A stretch of DNA of 64,000 nt from Octopus bimaculoides (GCF_001194135.2 NC_069001.1:27385852-27449851); one strand, 5' to 3'; counted from the first letter of the stretch, positions 25,651-38,711 are shown. Numbers and translations are program-made. The notes: a model not told the origin generated them from the letters alone.

Positions 25651-27334
25651 AGCGTTTATTCATTTGTGTTGGTGTTAAAAAAAAGAAACATAAATCACAA
25701 TGAAGAAGTGTCTGGGTCTTTTATCATTAATTCATTGAAAACTGAAACTTTGCATTTGAACCCGTCCCAATATATTCCCCAGTGTTTGAACTTTACATAA
25801 ATAATTGTGTGAACCTACAAGAAATCTGACTCTAAGTTGTCCTGTTAGAACCAAATATCGTAGAAAGTTATTCTTACATTATATATAGAATGTAAAATGA
25901 ATCTGATACAGTAATAACCTAATGTGATGGCTATTTGCTTAAAGGTGTCAGATACGTTCTTGAAATGAGGTTTTCAGAATTTGCCCTTCTGAAGAAGCGG
26001 AAGAAATATATAGACAGATACTAAAAAGACTAATGTTGTTTTTGTGAGGAAAAAGAAATCGCTTGGGAGGAGGACGCTGGGAATACCGACTGGTTAAATG
26101 CCAAGGAAGAATGTCCTTCTATGAGGGTGAGTCTTGAAGGAAAATTAGTTAGTGTGTAGGCTCACGTATCAAAATGGTCGTGCTTATATTTTTGGGCCTA
26201 ACTTGTTAAAACCTAACAAGAAACGCTAGTTTCTTAATGTGCATGTACGTGCAGTATACGTGCAATTATGCTGACGTGATGGCATGTGTTAATAGGAGTG
26301 TCGGCATGATATCCATATGTATGTTTCATCGTTAGAAAAGATTATTATTTTGTGTGGCCGGTGGCAAGTAATGTTATTGGAAGATGTTAAGACAAATAAG
26401 AAATTATAAGAAATGAAGTTAGTTAAAGTCAAAGATAACGATAAAATTCTGAGATGAAGGAAAAAGTACTTGTGACTACATGTGGTACAGGTATGTTGGA
26501 AAATGAATATTGAAAGGAGTGAAAAATTGTTCTTGTCTGTGTGTCTAATTTGCTATGTAGATGATCATAGTCAACTGGTCGGGCACCAAACGAACGGAGG
26601 AGAGGGCAAAAGTTGAAGATTCAAATATGTCAATCAAATTATGTTTCACCAAAGAGAAAACGTGTGAAAGTGTTGACAAGTGTATTTGTGTGAATCAGTT
26701 TAATATCTGTGTGTACATGCGTGTTCATACGCTTCTGCATTTGTGCTTGTGTATGCGCGCATGTGTACATCAAGGTGTAAATATGTGTCAAAGTCTGTGT
26801 TCTTGTGTTTATGTGTGTGTCTGTGTATGGGTCAAATTGACAGATTAGTTGTTGAAAGAAAGTGTGTATCTTTGAGTGCATATATGCGAGTCTAAGTAAA
26901 GAGTGTACGTCTATGTGGAAGTAATAAAGGAAAAAGTGAGTGCGTATGTAAGAGGTTTGAGTTAGTGTATGCGGGAGGTGAATATTAGTGGTGGAGCCTA
27001 AATGGTTGTGGTTTAATGAGCGTTGAGGATGAGGGATACCTGTAATCTAAATTGCGAAATGAGGTATCGTTGAGGCGCATTTGTGTAATTGTGGAAATTA
27101 AACTATAGGAAGTGGAACTTTGAAAGAGGGCTATTCTCTCTTACATCTGCCAGTGAGAAACATCACACACAAACACTGAGGCCGAACCTGACGAGAGGTT
27201 TAAGGTGGAATTTTCGGGGGAGTTTAAATGTGAAGCAACAGGTGATTATCTTCCAAACATTCAGGCTGGTCATAAAATTCGGATCATTGTACATAAATAT
27301 TTAATAATTGTATTTTCATGAAAATAATATTTCT

Positions 27335-27584
27335 GATAAAGCAGTTGTATACTGTCAACTTAACGTGACCGTCCCAATAAGGGAATCATACTGCTGATAT
27401 TTAGCCCTAGGAAGCTGGTCTGCTTCCTGTCAGCCTTGACACATTTCCTGTGTCCTTATATTTGTGAGGGGGAAATGTGTAAAGGCCGACAGGAATCGGA
27501 CCAGCTTCCTAGGGCTAGATAGCAGCAGTGTGATTCCCTTATTGGGACTGTCACATTAAGTTGACAGTATACAACAGCTTTATC
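27335..27584. repeat. 250-bp foldback: 114-bp inverted arms with a 22-nt spacer
   Basis: Arms at 27335-27448 and 27471-27584; 10 mismatches by hand count, no indels; no TSD seen. Confidence 0.95.
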
Positions 27585-27655
27585 GTAACACTACTGCTTA
27601 AGTCTCTCTGTAAAGATTTATAATTATATCAATTCTAATATTTCTGATATTTTCT

Positions 27656-27964
27656 CTATACAGGAGAATGTTTACATGTATAACAACGTAATTTTTGAGA
27701 TTTCTGCAAAAGTTTTTACTTTCGATGCATTCTGTACGGAAGCTCGATGAAACTCATTTAATTGATGCATTCATCGAACAGCTCACTAATCCACTCTCAA
27801 CCCCCAAACCTCACATCTCTCGCGCTTCTGCATTTGTACAGATAAAATATATCAAATGCTCAGTTGTTGTACGCTCCTACAGATAAAATGCATCTAATGT
27901 TCTCCTCTTGTCACAAGCTGTACACATTTCTAAAGATCTCAAATGAAGAGAAACAGCACGTCAT
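27656..27964 (-). pseudogene. Decayed coding-like segment, possibly LRR-like
   Basis: Single frame: FEIFRNVYSL*QEENIRCILSVGAYNN*AFDIFYLYKCRSARDVRFGG*EWISELFDECIN*MSFIELPYRMHRK*KLLQK. Confidence 0.3.
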
Positions 27965-30550
27965 CTATAAATGGAGTTGCATTTGCAAAAATTAAATTTG
28001 CATTTTCATTTTGCGTTTTTCCTTTAGATGTTAGGTCACTTCGTTTATAATTGTGTTTCTCCACAATTTCAGTAGAACTGTTAATAAACTATAAAATCAA
28101 CAAAATTTGATAAACAGGAATATTTTACGAATCATGTCTTGCTTATAGAATGCTTTACTTTTTCGCTTCCGGAGGTCAGCCGTCATGGAGTAAGTCACAT
28201 TGATCTAAGACCTTAAAAGGTCAACGATAGTGTTTTCTTTTCTTTTTCGATATCAATTTCTGGAGAATCTGATGTAGCTTGCGCATTTTATTCACATGAA
28301 ATTATATGATTTGTGGGAGATGATTTGGTCGGAGTTTCTATGCCAACTGCTCACAGAGAAATATCCCTAGTTCACTTGAAATAATTAATTTGGGCTTAAT
28401 GGACATTAAATCTGTCCTTGAACATGTAATTTAACTGCTTCTTCAATAGAAGACTACAGTTTACGGTAGCTTGTCTGAAACATCCAGTGTTGTCTGTCAC
28501 TCATATAACGGTCAGGTGATCGCCCCGTGAGAAGATGAATCATGGGCATCATTTTTTAACTATGTTCAAGACTCTGAGATTGGGAAGCATGTTTTCGAAT
28601 GAAGATAAAGTCGGGGCACAAATGATGTAAAAAAGAGTATATAAAGCACCCATTATTGTGCTTCTCGCGAACAAAATATTTACTCGGTTGGTGGTAGTAG
28701 TAGTAGTAGTAGTAGTAACTATGATGATGCTCATGACGATGGTTTTCATAAGGTCGACGACCACAACGATGACGTCGAAAACCACGACAGCGAGGATGAC
28801 AACGATGCGATGATGACGATGTTGATGATCATGATCATGATGACGAGGATTTCTAAAATACGTTAAGACATTAATATATACAATTATTAATAGAAACAAC
28901 ATGATACAATAGAAGATGCAGAGGGAGAGAGAAAGAGAGGGGGAGACGGACTGATAGACAGTCAGACAGAGAAAGCATCAACAAGATGGACAACACGATA
29001 GATCAGACGAAAAGAAATGCTGTGATAGATCGTGACTGGAAAGTAAGTGCGATTTGAGATAATAGAGAATAACACAATGGACCACCCATATCTGAGAATA
29101 ACGCAATGGACCACCACCCATATCTTAGAGCTTATGGTGCAGGGTGTTCTTTTATAGCTAAACAAAATATAGAAAGAGATCACAACATTCCCTTCAACTG
29201 GACGCCGTTCCGTTGCAGGATTCAAGGCCAATAGATCTTAGAAGGGTCAAGTTGTTTATATCTATACAAGTATTTGAGTGGCACTTTACTTTATCGAGCC
29301 CGGATGGTATGGAAAACAAAGTTGATCTTAACGGGATGTGAAGAGCTAAAACAACTGCCTTTAAGCATCATGTCTGACAACTTAATGAATGTGCCAGATT
29401 GCCGACTTTTCTGCACATGCGGGAGTTGATATATAATAAGTTTGAGTGGCGCTCGTAGTAGTCCACATATAATTCATATTACCTGACCGTCAGTCTGTTA
29501 AGTACCACTAGTAAGACTACTGTGATTTTGGATGCTACAGCTAAATGCCAACGAAGGTTAGAACCTAAAGGAGCAGCAGGGATATTAATCCTTAAAAAGA
29601 TACATAGTTATCCGATAACTCCAAGCGCACATACGATGGTTTGAAGGATGGAAGCATTGAATCTATATGTTCCGTCTTTGATCCTACAACACGCATTTTA
29701 AAAAGTATTTCAGATTTCACATTATTTTACATTACTGGAAATATATATATCACATTTGTCTACTATTTCTAGCGATCAATACGCCATGCAGAAGCTTCCA
29801 TTCTAAGTATGGGAACTGTTATGGTTGCAGAAGGAAACTTTCAAAACTATTCTTTAAGTGTTACATTTTCCTAACCCCTACTATTTATATATTTTCTTAA
29901 TTTTATTAGCTATATTTCTTACCTTAACCTTTTGTAAAATTCTGTTTATTTCCGCGGCTATGTTGTCTTTACGGTTGGAAATGCAGGCGACCGCTTCTCT
30001 TGGCCTTTCATATATAAATTTATAAATGACATCTTAATTTCGTTATATATATATTTATTTAAATATTTACAACTACGTATAATCAAATTTGTATATATTT
30101 GTATATATTACGCTAGATATTCAATAAATTCACTAATGTAGTTAAATATGAATATTTGAGGCAATACAAAGATTTGAAGCACACACATCCACACACACAT
30201 ACACACAGACACACACACGCGTGCACAAACACAGATTTTTGTATGTATGAATTCTTGTGATTATTTCTATGAATTTTATTTCAATTTTCTATTGTTACTT
30301 TTTATTTTGTAAACAGCGACGAATTTGTATAATTGTTGCTTATTTTTTTAGAATAGTTGCATTGATGTAAACAGCGAGTGTATCTAAATGACTCTAATAG
30401 GGTAACAGATGAAATAGACTTGTTTAATAATAGAATGTTGTATTGTAGGTCATCAGAAATGAACCGTTTGTAACGTGCATTGATGCATGCTGTCACTCTC
30501 AGCTTATAACATTGATCTCTCTTTCATTTTCTCTCTCTCTCTCTCTCTTC

Positions 30551-30594
<44 letters not shown>

Positions 30595-30706
30595 GTTTGT
30601 GTGTGTGCATACATGTATATATATCTATGTGTTTGTGTGTGTGTATGCATATATATGTAGTGAAATAAAGAGAGAGAGAAACGAATTTAATAAGAGTGAG
30701 AGAGAA

Positions 30707-30752
<46 letters not shown>

Positions 30753-31200
30753 GATTGCTGGTATGGACTTGTTCTTATGTTTGCTTCACACAAATGTTAT
30801 TCCGCGTTCGTTTCCATCGAATAGTATCTGACATCCTTTAAACATTTTCTGGAATCGCTCAGGGATCGTTCAAAGAGAATATATGGAAATTGAGAAAAAA
30901 TAAATTGAAGTGTTTTTTGTAGTATCACGAAGGTTGATGCTTGAAAATACCAGTGCAAAAGTGTTAAAACATATACCATATTCAATGTAGCTATCTCTGA
31001 CTTCCGTACTTTCTGAAGTCAACTGAAGTGTTCATTCGTCTCTGTTCTCTATAACTTACTTATAACATAAGGTATGGAACATTCTCACTAATTGCAAGAC
31101 ACGCGTACCATTCATCATTGTAGACAGGGAAGTTAGATAGGATATTGAAATGTAAATATTCATTCTCTTGTCAATAGGTTTTCATCGACTGACATTTTAA

Positions 31201-31333
<133 letters not shown>

Positions 31334-31499
31334 TCATCCTGGCTGAATTATATTTCGATGTCCTTTGAGAATGTTGCTGCCAACTGTAATTCTCTCTTTG
31401 TGTGGTGAATATTATTTAAATACGTCTACAGCTTATCTGCAAAAGTATTTGTTTAACATTGATTTTTCTTTCTCACCCCTTCAAACTCTAACATGACCT

Positions 31500-33750
31500 T
31501 TTTCAACCGGGCTGAGAAACGATTCACTACGAAGATGTAAATCTTTGCAGACAAGCTCTAGCTCGGGATATTCTCATCCATACCTTAATTCTATTTCCAC
31601 TATTGTAGTTGATCTATTTCTCGGTGTTAGATATATGGTATATATTGTAGTCAGCATTTTAATCGGAGAAACTACAGCAAGACTTTACCAAAATTTTGTA
31701 ACTCTAGTATCTATAAATGAAGGACATAGTACAATTCTTATTTTATTATCCAACAATACTGCCACCCACTCTTACATATCCTTTTGCGACTGATTATTTT
31801 TTTCATAGATCCGCTTGAGCCTTCATGTACAAAAGAAGTTTCTAAAAGAAATAACTAACGTTGAAATGTATTCTATGTGATACTGAAAATTTCACTGGTG
31901 ATATCTCATTTAACAAAGTCTTGATCTGCATAACATTGGAGTTGTACAGCATATTCACATTCTGTATTCCACCACCCAGAAAATATTTTCAAATTGCTCC
32001 ATTCAGGAAACTAGAATTATGACGTTATAAACTTTCTGATTTAAGATGCATTTTGTCGGTTTATTACAAATGTATGTAAGCTAGACTAACATACTTAACA
32101 TTTCTTACAGTGAAGCAGAATCAGACATAGTGAATATTCTCATATATAGGATAACCACAAAAATATTTCACGATATTATGACTGAAATCTACAAAAATAT
32201 TCAGAAGGTGTATGAGCATTCAACATTTGAAACGTAAGAAGGAAAATACGTCGAAACACATGGAAAATTTAGATAAGCCACAAAGAGGAAGAAAGTGATA
32301 AAAATCAATCACATTAACTATGACAATGATCACTCACACACATCTTTGGCAGCAAATCTGACAAAAGGAAACTAGGTTGGTCATTGGTCCCCAAAACACC
32401 CTATAACATTAAATTTCTTTAACATATGGACACTAAGTGAAAATATCTTGCAAACAACTCGCATATGCAAGTGACACCAGTCGAGAACGCCGCATACCGG
32501 AAGCCAGCAAGTGTATGGGGTCATCAGGAGAGAATGCGCGCCGTTTCGGGGCCTACCTCTCGACGACATCAATGCGTACTGCCCCCCTCTCACTGATATG
32601 AGTCCCCGCTTGCTAGATCAACTGGTTATTAAAAACAAAGCTCAATATTTCTCTAGCCATCGTTCACCGTCTCTTTTTAACCAAATCCAGTGGTTAGCCT
32701 TCTCCACTGTAGTTTGGATATCACTCATGGTGGTATTTACCTTACGATGGGTTAGGCCTAACGATAACAGCAGTCGTCTACGAGAAATAACACAACGAGC
32801 CGATATTAACCGCGTGGTTGCTGCTTATGTAAAAGATGTATACCTGAAGATGAAGAAAATTTGTATTTTCGTACCTATCTTCGCACATTCTCGAAGTTTG
32901 GTCAACGACCTTGAATCAAGAGAAATATTCTAAACAGTATTTTAGTCTTAAATGACTTTGTTTGCTCCTCACAAAATATACTCTCCATTCCATTTATCGC
33001 TCTCATTTGAACATTGGTAATAACAATGGCAACTTGCTCTGATTTTGATCGTACTCCTAAATCCGTATGCAGTACCTATACCCGACTATTCACATATTAA
33101 TTAGGCATGTCAGCACTGATTGAGTTTTACTCTGATCAAAACGAAATCAACCCTGGTATCACAGTATTCTATTAATAACATTAGTGAAATGTTTCTCACC
33201 ATAGAGTAGATCATTTACACAGCCATTCCCATAGTCTCTCATGTTGAACCATGCGAACATTGTCTCCACATGAAAATAATACATGAAATTAAACATACGT
33301 AAAATATATCAGATTGTCATGTTCACATCGTTTATATTCACAACGCTCATGTTCAGTGTTTAACCATATATCAGTGCTGAGGGATATATACCATGATCAA
33401 AACATTTCATCAAAGAAACCAAGTATTCTTGCTTTAAATATAACATCTATATAAGGATCACATGAAATAGAGCCACGTGAATTCTTAGTATACTAGTGTC
33501 GTTTGGTCTCAGGGACGTTATGCTATCATTTATATTAAGTAGGGAGACTGTATTGAAAGTCACTCTTTTGATTGGCTAATACGTTTCGTGAATTATGTTC
33601 CTTGGGCAAAAATAAAGTGTACTTTCAATGACGAAGTACGCTCGGCTGAATCTCCGGTTGGTTGACTGGTACCCTATTGACTCGCCCATTTGTAACTTTC
33701 GCCATTCTTAATATTAGTGTAATTTATTCTAGTGTTGTAAATTTGAACGT
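31500..33750 (-). pseudogene. NLR-like relic 3 (best preserved): NACHT, WH, HD2 and LRR-like tail, interrupted by a LINE fragment
   Basis: In order: E*ITL (33729-33715; GKT to E*I needs one substitution per codon), YKWAS (33694-33680), ITSLRP (33521-33504), RILGFFDE (33429-33406), SIFCEEQ, KYKF-LHL (32868-32847), then the LINE, then FAAKD (32356-32342), LPLCGLSK (32291-32268), and L*ILELQNFG near 31700. Confidence 0.65.
32380..32824 (-). mobile_element. 3' end of an RLE-type (HERO-like) non-LTR retrotransposon: ORF C-terminus and 3' UTR
   Basis: Reads ISARCVISRRRLLLSLGLTHRKVNTTMSDIQTTVEKANHWIWLKRDGERW, resembling the xGxRGFxS...LGL...AEKASxWLWLKR C-terminus of RLE-clade LINEs. GC-richer than the flanks. 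Boundaries approximate. Confidence 0.65.
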
Positions 33751-34563
33751 GACAGGAAACATGAAAAATAAAATAAACATTGCAAAGAATATCAAATCAA
33801 TCATACATGAAAACTTAATTAGTTTGTCTGTCTAACAATAGAACGTAGCAGTTCGATTTTCAATTAAATCTCTTCTGTCAATGAACAGTAGTTAAACTGT
33901 CAGAAGTTAAGATTCTGTCTGTGTGGCTGCCTATTGTTAATGGAAATTTGTTTTCCAATGCTTTAATAGCTTTGCTTTAAGACTAGAAATTGTGATAGAA
34001 GGAAGAAATATAGAAAGATATATAGAATCGGAAGATAGAGAGAAGGAGAAAGAAAGAGAATAATGTTTAAACCATTAGATAAGTAAGTAGTAAATCAATT
34101 CATGATTAAATTATCGAGTCAAGAAATTTTGGTAACCGGAATACCTACAAATGATATTAAATTAGATCCGATCCAATTTAGAGAAAATAAGATTATCTTA
34201 AATTTTTATATGGATGAATAAGACCTACTTTCGTGATTTGTCTTTTCAATTCTTTTGTGCTTTATTTTAATTTCTCGCTTTTTTATCCCCTGTTTCTTAA
34301 AGTTTTTTTTTAATACTGACTCTATTGTTTAAATTTTTTTAAAGTTATTTTTTTTTTAAATTTCGTCTCCATTAGTTTTTATATTATTATTTTTAAAAAC
34401 TGCCTGGCAATTTACTCCATTCATTATATTATATATACTTATAGCATTAAAAATGCAAAAAAAAAAAAAATGGCAATAAACCCAAGAGTGTAAACAATAA
34501 ATAAAAATAATTCAATGAATATTAATAAACGGAAAACAAAAGAATCCAAGAGTATGAATAAAC

Positions 34564-34594
<31 letters not shown>

Positions 34595-35609
34595 AAGAAC
34601 AAAAACAAGTACTAAATAGCTTTCACATAATGATTTAAGTAATAATACAGAGTGAAATCTGAAAGCTTACTAATTTATTAATTAGAACGTGCTTTAGCCT
34701 CTGTCACGTGTAGTGTCCTCAGGCAGAAAGATAACATTCGTATATTGGAATCGGGACAAATACTTGTTAATAAGATGTGACTTCCCTCGTAACTAAGTAA
34801 ACCAAAAACAGTTATCGTTCGTAGTTCAGGCTTTCCATTCACTAAATAATCTTATAGAATTAGAATTTATAAAGAACACAAAATGAAATATTGTGATAAA
34901 ATGTTTTCTTCTATTAATGTTAGGATTAAAAAATGGAAAATAATTATTTAATTTTACGAAGGTTATACCGAACGTAAAATAAAACTGAGTATAACTTTCT
35001 TATAAACAGTAAATAAGTGCTTAGTTTTTGTATTTGGTTTGCAAGATTCTTGGTGTGAACTCGAGTTGAAACTACTCTTATTATAATTTGGGAGGGTTAT
35101 TATGTCAATTATGATAAACACATGCACGTATTCAGTTTCATTTTGTTTGTTAGTTACCAAATCTTTGTAAGTTTCATTTTGTTAGTTACCAGTCTGTTTG
35201 TTAGTTACCAAATCAACCAACTAACCAATCGTTTGTTTAATCCGTTGGTTAAGCAAAGGCGGCAGTCGTTTATCATTGTCCTTTCATCATCATTCGCGAA
35301 CTCATCAATGAAATGCACTCGGATTAATTGGCTGGTTACATGACTATTTAATTGACTAACACTACAGAAGTGAAACTGAGAAGTGCGTGTTTCTTATTGG
35401 TGTAATGACCCTCCCACGATACTACAAGATGTAAATGTGTACTTCTACAGAAAGATGCTACTCAGAATGTTCTCCATCACAAGGACGCGAGATCAGACAA
35501 GTGTAAGTCAGACCGCGACGGACATGGGCCATAGGGTTGATTGGGAACCATTGACCTGCCCAATTCTTTATGGTCTGATTTGCTGCCAAAGATGCATTGA
35601 TATGGTTAA

Positions 35610-35830
35610 TTCTTTTATTTACTTATTTGTGTCAGTCATTAAACTGCGGCAATGCTTGGGCAGCGCCTTGAAGTAGTTTTAGTGGAATGAATCAACACAG
35701 TACTTGATATTTTTCCTAAGCCTCGTAGTTAGTTTATCGGTATCTTTTGCCGAACCGCTAAGTTGCGGTAACATAAATACACCAATACTAGCTGACAAGC
35801 GGTGGTGACAGACACAAATACACAGACACA
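35610..35830. mobile_element. SINE (tcagtcatt...gccgaaccgctaag family)
   Basis: Similar to 53898-54100; followed by (AC)n. Confidence 0.75.
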
Positions 35831-35908
35831 ATTACACACACAGAGACACAGACACACGCACACACACACTCATGCACACGCACACACACTTACTCACTCA
35901 CTCACTCA

Positions 35909-35957
<49 letters not shown>

Positions 35958-35969
35958 CTTTATATATAT

Positions 35970-36303
35970 AGGTATGGAGATTGCGAAAGGGGTCTCAGGG
36001 AGTACCGTCTCTGCCTTCATGAATTAGTTTTCCCCTTCATTTCCTAAAGATCGTGGTAGAGGTCTTGGTCTCGAGACCACTCGTCTAGAAATTGAGGTTG
36101 GGGATAAGCAAGGGCATGCTCTTTGTAGAAAATCCAGCTCCCAATAATCCTCATGATAGCAAAGGGGATGAGCACCAGCCAGTCCAAATTTTGGAGTGGG
36201 CTGCACCTGCCTACCCTAATTGCTATGGCATTGAGGTACATTCGGCCACCCCTGTTAACGGGGAGAAAACCCAGATGTTAAACACAGGATGATGATGATG
36301 ACG
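35970..36303 (+). mobile_element. Retroposon 3' end with (GAT)n tail
   Basis: GC-richer block ending ttaaacacaggatgatgatgatg, a tail type typical of RTE-clade LINEs and their SINEs. Confidence 0.4.
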
Positions 36304-36425
36304 ATATATATATATATATATATANNNNNNNNNNNNNNNNNNNNNNNNNNNNNNNNNNNNNNNNNNNNNNNNNNNNNNNNNNNNNNNNNNNNNNNNNNNA
36401 TATATAGATAGATATATTTATATAT

Positions 36426-36563
36426 ATAGGGCAGGCTTCTTTCAGATTCCGTGTACCGTATCCCCTCATAAGACTTTGGTCGCCCATGGTGCCACGCTTC
36501 GGAGCTGAGCCCGGAATCATATGGTGAGGAAGCAAATTCCATACCACACAGCCATGCCTGTGC
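36426..36563 (-). mobile_element. Truncated tRNA-derived SINE (gcacaggcatggctgtgtggt head)
   Basis: A-box and B-box-like head; ends in gaaagaagcc plus (TA)n. A 75-N gap (36325-36399) is adjacent. Confidence 0.75.
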
Positions 36564-36569
36564 TTATTA

Positions 36570-36960
36570 GATGAAATTCATATATTTTCTCAGTCTGTTT
36601 CATTTAGTGTTTTGTCTAATTGTAACGTGTCTCAGTGTATGGGTGACTCTTCAAAGTACAACCATGTTCTAAAACGTTAAGGAGATTGACAACATTGTCA
36701 TCTCTCGAAAGAGTTAAACACCTTCTGTCGAATTGTTAGGTCATTAAAGTCTTAAAATTATTTACAGTTTTATTATAAGAATAATCAATTTTATTTGGAT
36801 CATGCATAAGTTTGCCTTGTTCTTCTTTGGAGAGCACTTATCCAAATATCTCTTGTTACAGCACGGGAATTTTATGATATTAGGGGATTCAATTGAAACT
36901 GATAGTGTTGCTTTTCAAATCCAATGGAATTCTGGTCATTACAGTTGAAGCATGGTTTTT
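36570..36960 (-). pseudogene. Coding-like relic upstream of NLR relic 3
   Basis: One frame: RIPLDLK...VLSKEEQGKLMHDPNKIDYS...QFDRRCLTLSRDDNVVNLLNVLEHG, with several stops. Confidence 0.25.
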
Positions 36961-37512
36961 AAATTTCTATTCAGATTTCAATAACATAGTTTTAAAATGT
37001 TTATTCAGATTTCAATTAATTGTGGCAGTTTAGTATGTATGTATGTATATTTTTGAGTCACTACCTTTCCAGTACTTCGCTATTTAACTGGTGTTGGTCA
37101 GTTTAGATTCCTATAATTTAGCAGTTTGGTAACAGTGAGAATAAAAAATTAGTCTGTTAGAATGGCGATTTGTTTGAGTAAACCTTTTAACGCTGTGGTC
37201 CAGTATGGCCACAATGTGATTGCAACATGTAAAAAGATAAACTTTTGAAAATATACACATATCCGCATATAGCTGCAAAACAAATTGAGAAAAATTAAAT
37301 TCGAATATGGAAGATAGAGTAAGATATAGAGCTTTATCGAACATGAAAACACTGTTAATCAATAACTTACATAATCGATCATCAGACATTCACCCCACAT
37401 ACACACACACATACATACCCGCGATAAACTGCTACTCACTATATGTATCTATCTATCTATCTTCGTACACCTCTCCGTATAGATATAAATACACACGCAC
37501 AAACACACTCGC

Positions 37513-37547
<35 letters not shown>

Positions 37548-38295
37548 TGTTCTTAAGTAAATATTTGTGTATGTATGCTTACCTATGCAGAAAAAAGAAA
37601 CTGAGAAAGAACGACAGCGTAACACTAAGGTAAAAACAGAGCGAAGTGTTTCAGAAACATAAAGCCATCGCTTATTCATTCAAGTAATATATCTTTATTG
37701 ACATTCGATTGAGGTTCAATTTAAAGTTTAATGTAGTTTTTAGTATTTATTGCGGGATAATTGTGGTAAACTATTGCTGTAAGGCCATTATTACTTTATA
37801 ATGTCCTATTATTATGTATTTCAAGTACATATATATTATATATCTATTGGAGGTATACACCATTATGTTTTATGTTTATTTGTGTTTTTCTAATGTTAAT
37901 GTAGGCATTGTTGTAGCGGTGTATTGTATAGTAGGCCATTGTACGTTTGTTATTTTGAATTGTATAACCTGTTATTGAAACTTCATTGAATGAAAGATTA
38001 TTCGTAAAAATATTATTGACTGTATCATTTGAATACGTGTGCATCTATGAGTGCACGTATATATATATATATAGATAAATAGATATAAATATATATGTAC
38101 AAATGCACACACATACCATACTCACACGCATGTATATAAGTATATATGTGTGTTTATATCCAATGAGACTGAAAGGATGTAGTTGTTTGTAAAAACAAGA
38201 ACGTTCACAATGGAAAGAAAATATTCCTCTCTTCACAAAGTAGAATTATGTATATTAATTTATTTAAACAGTGGGTTACAGGTTTCAAAATGTAC

Positions 38296-38711
38296 TTCGA
38301 TAAAATTTCATCTCTCTTGAGAATTATTGCGGAAGCAATTGTATGTTGATAAATAGTTGATAATGACAGAAGGTAAGCGAAGCAAAAATAAGGGATAATT
38401 GAAAAATTGAAAGTGTGGCATCATAAAACCGAAAATGTGACCCTGATTTCATTTGTCGAAATTACCGTTGAAGTCCATATTTAGGAAATGTTAAAAAGTT
38501 TAATATTTAACAATAAATAACGAGAGATGATTTCCAAGATTGCCAAATGCATTATAGATGCGAAGCAGAGAAATACATTAAGAAAATTGAATGCTAATGC
38601 TTTAAGTTAAAATACAATAGAAGGAATTGAGAGACTGGTTAAGCTAAAATCTATAAAGTATTAGGTTTGAAAAGAATAGGAAGAAATCGTATAATCTATT
38701 ACTGTGCAGAG
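38296..38711 (+). pseudogene. Death-domain-like plus LRR-like relic in one frame
   Basis: IVDNDRR*AKQK*GIIEKLKVWHHKTENVTLISFVEI (death-fold L..W...T pattern), then TLRKLNANALS*NTIEGIERLVKLKSI; many stops. Confidence 0.3.

Noticed and set aside
32111-32233. Apparently intact 123-nt plus-strand exon (ag|TGAAGC...AAAC|gtaag; EAESDIVNIL...)
   Set aside because: It overlaps the minus-strand HD2 part of NLR relic 3, and I found no compatible neighbouring exons. Chance splice-like sites are common in AT-rich DNA. RNA-seq could overturn this.
32511-32933. 140-aa plus-strand ORF with a hydrophobic stretch
   Set aside because: It is the antisense shadow of the RLE-type LINE 3' end and the NLR WH relic, both recognisable on the minus strand.
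33455-33460. Selenocysteine or alternative-code reading of the many in-frame stops in the relics (placeholder position within relic 3)
   Set aside because: The stops are a mix of TAA, TAG and TGA and come with frameshifts, which fits neutral decay rather than recoding.
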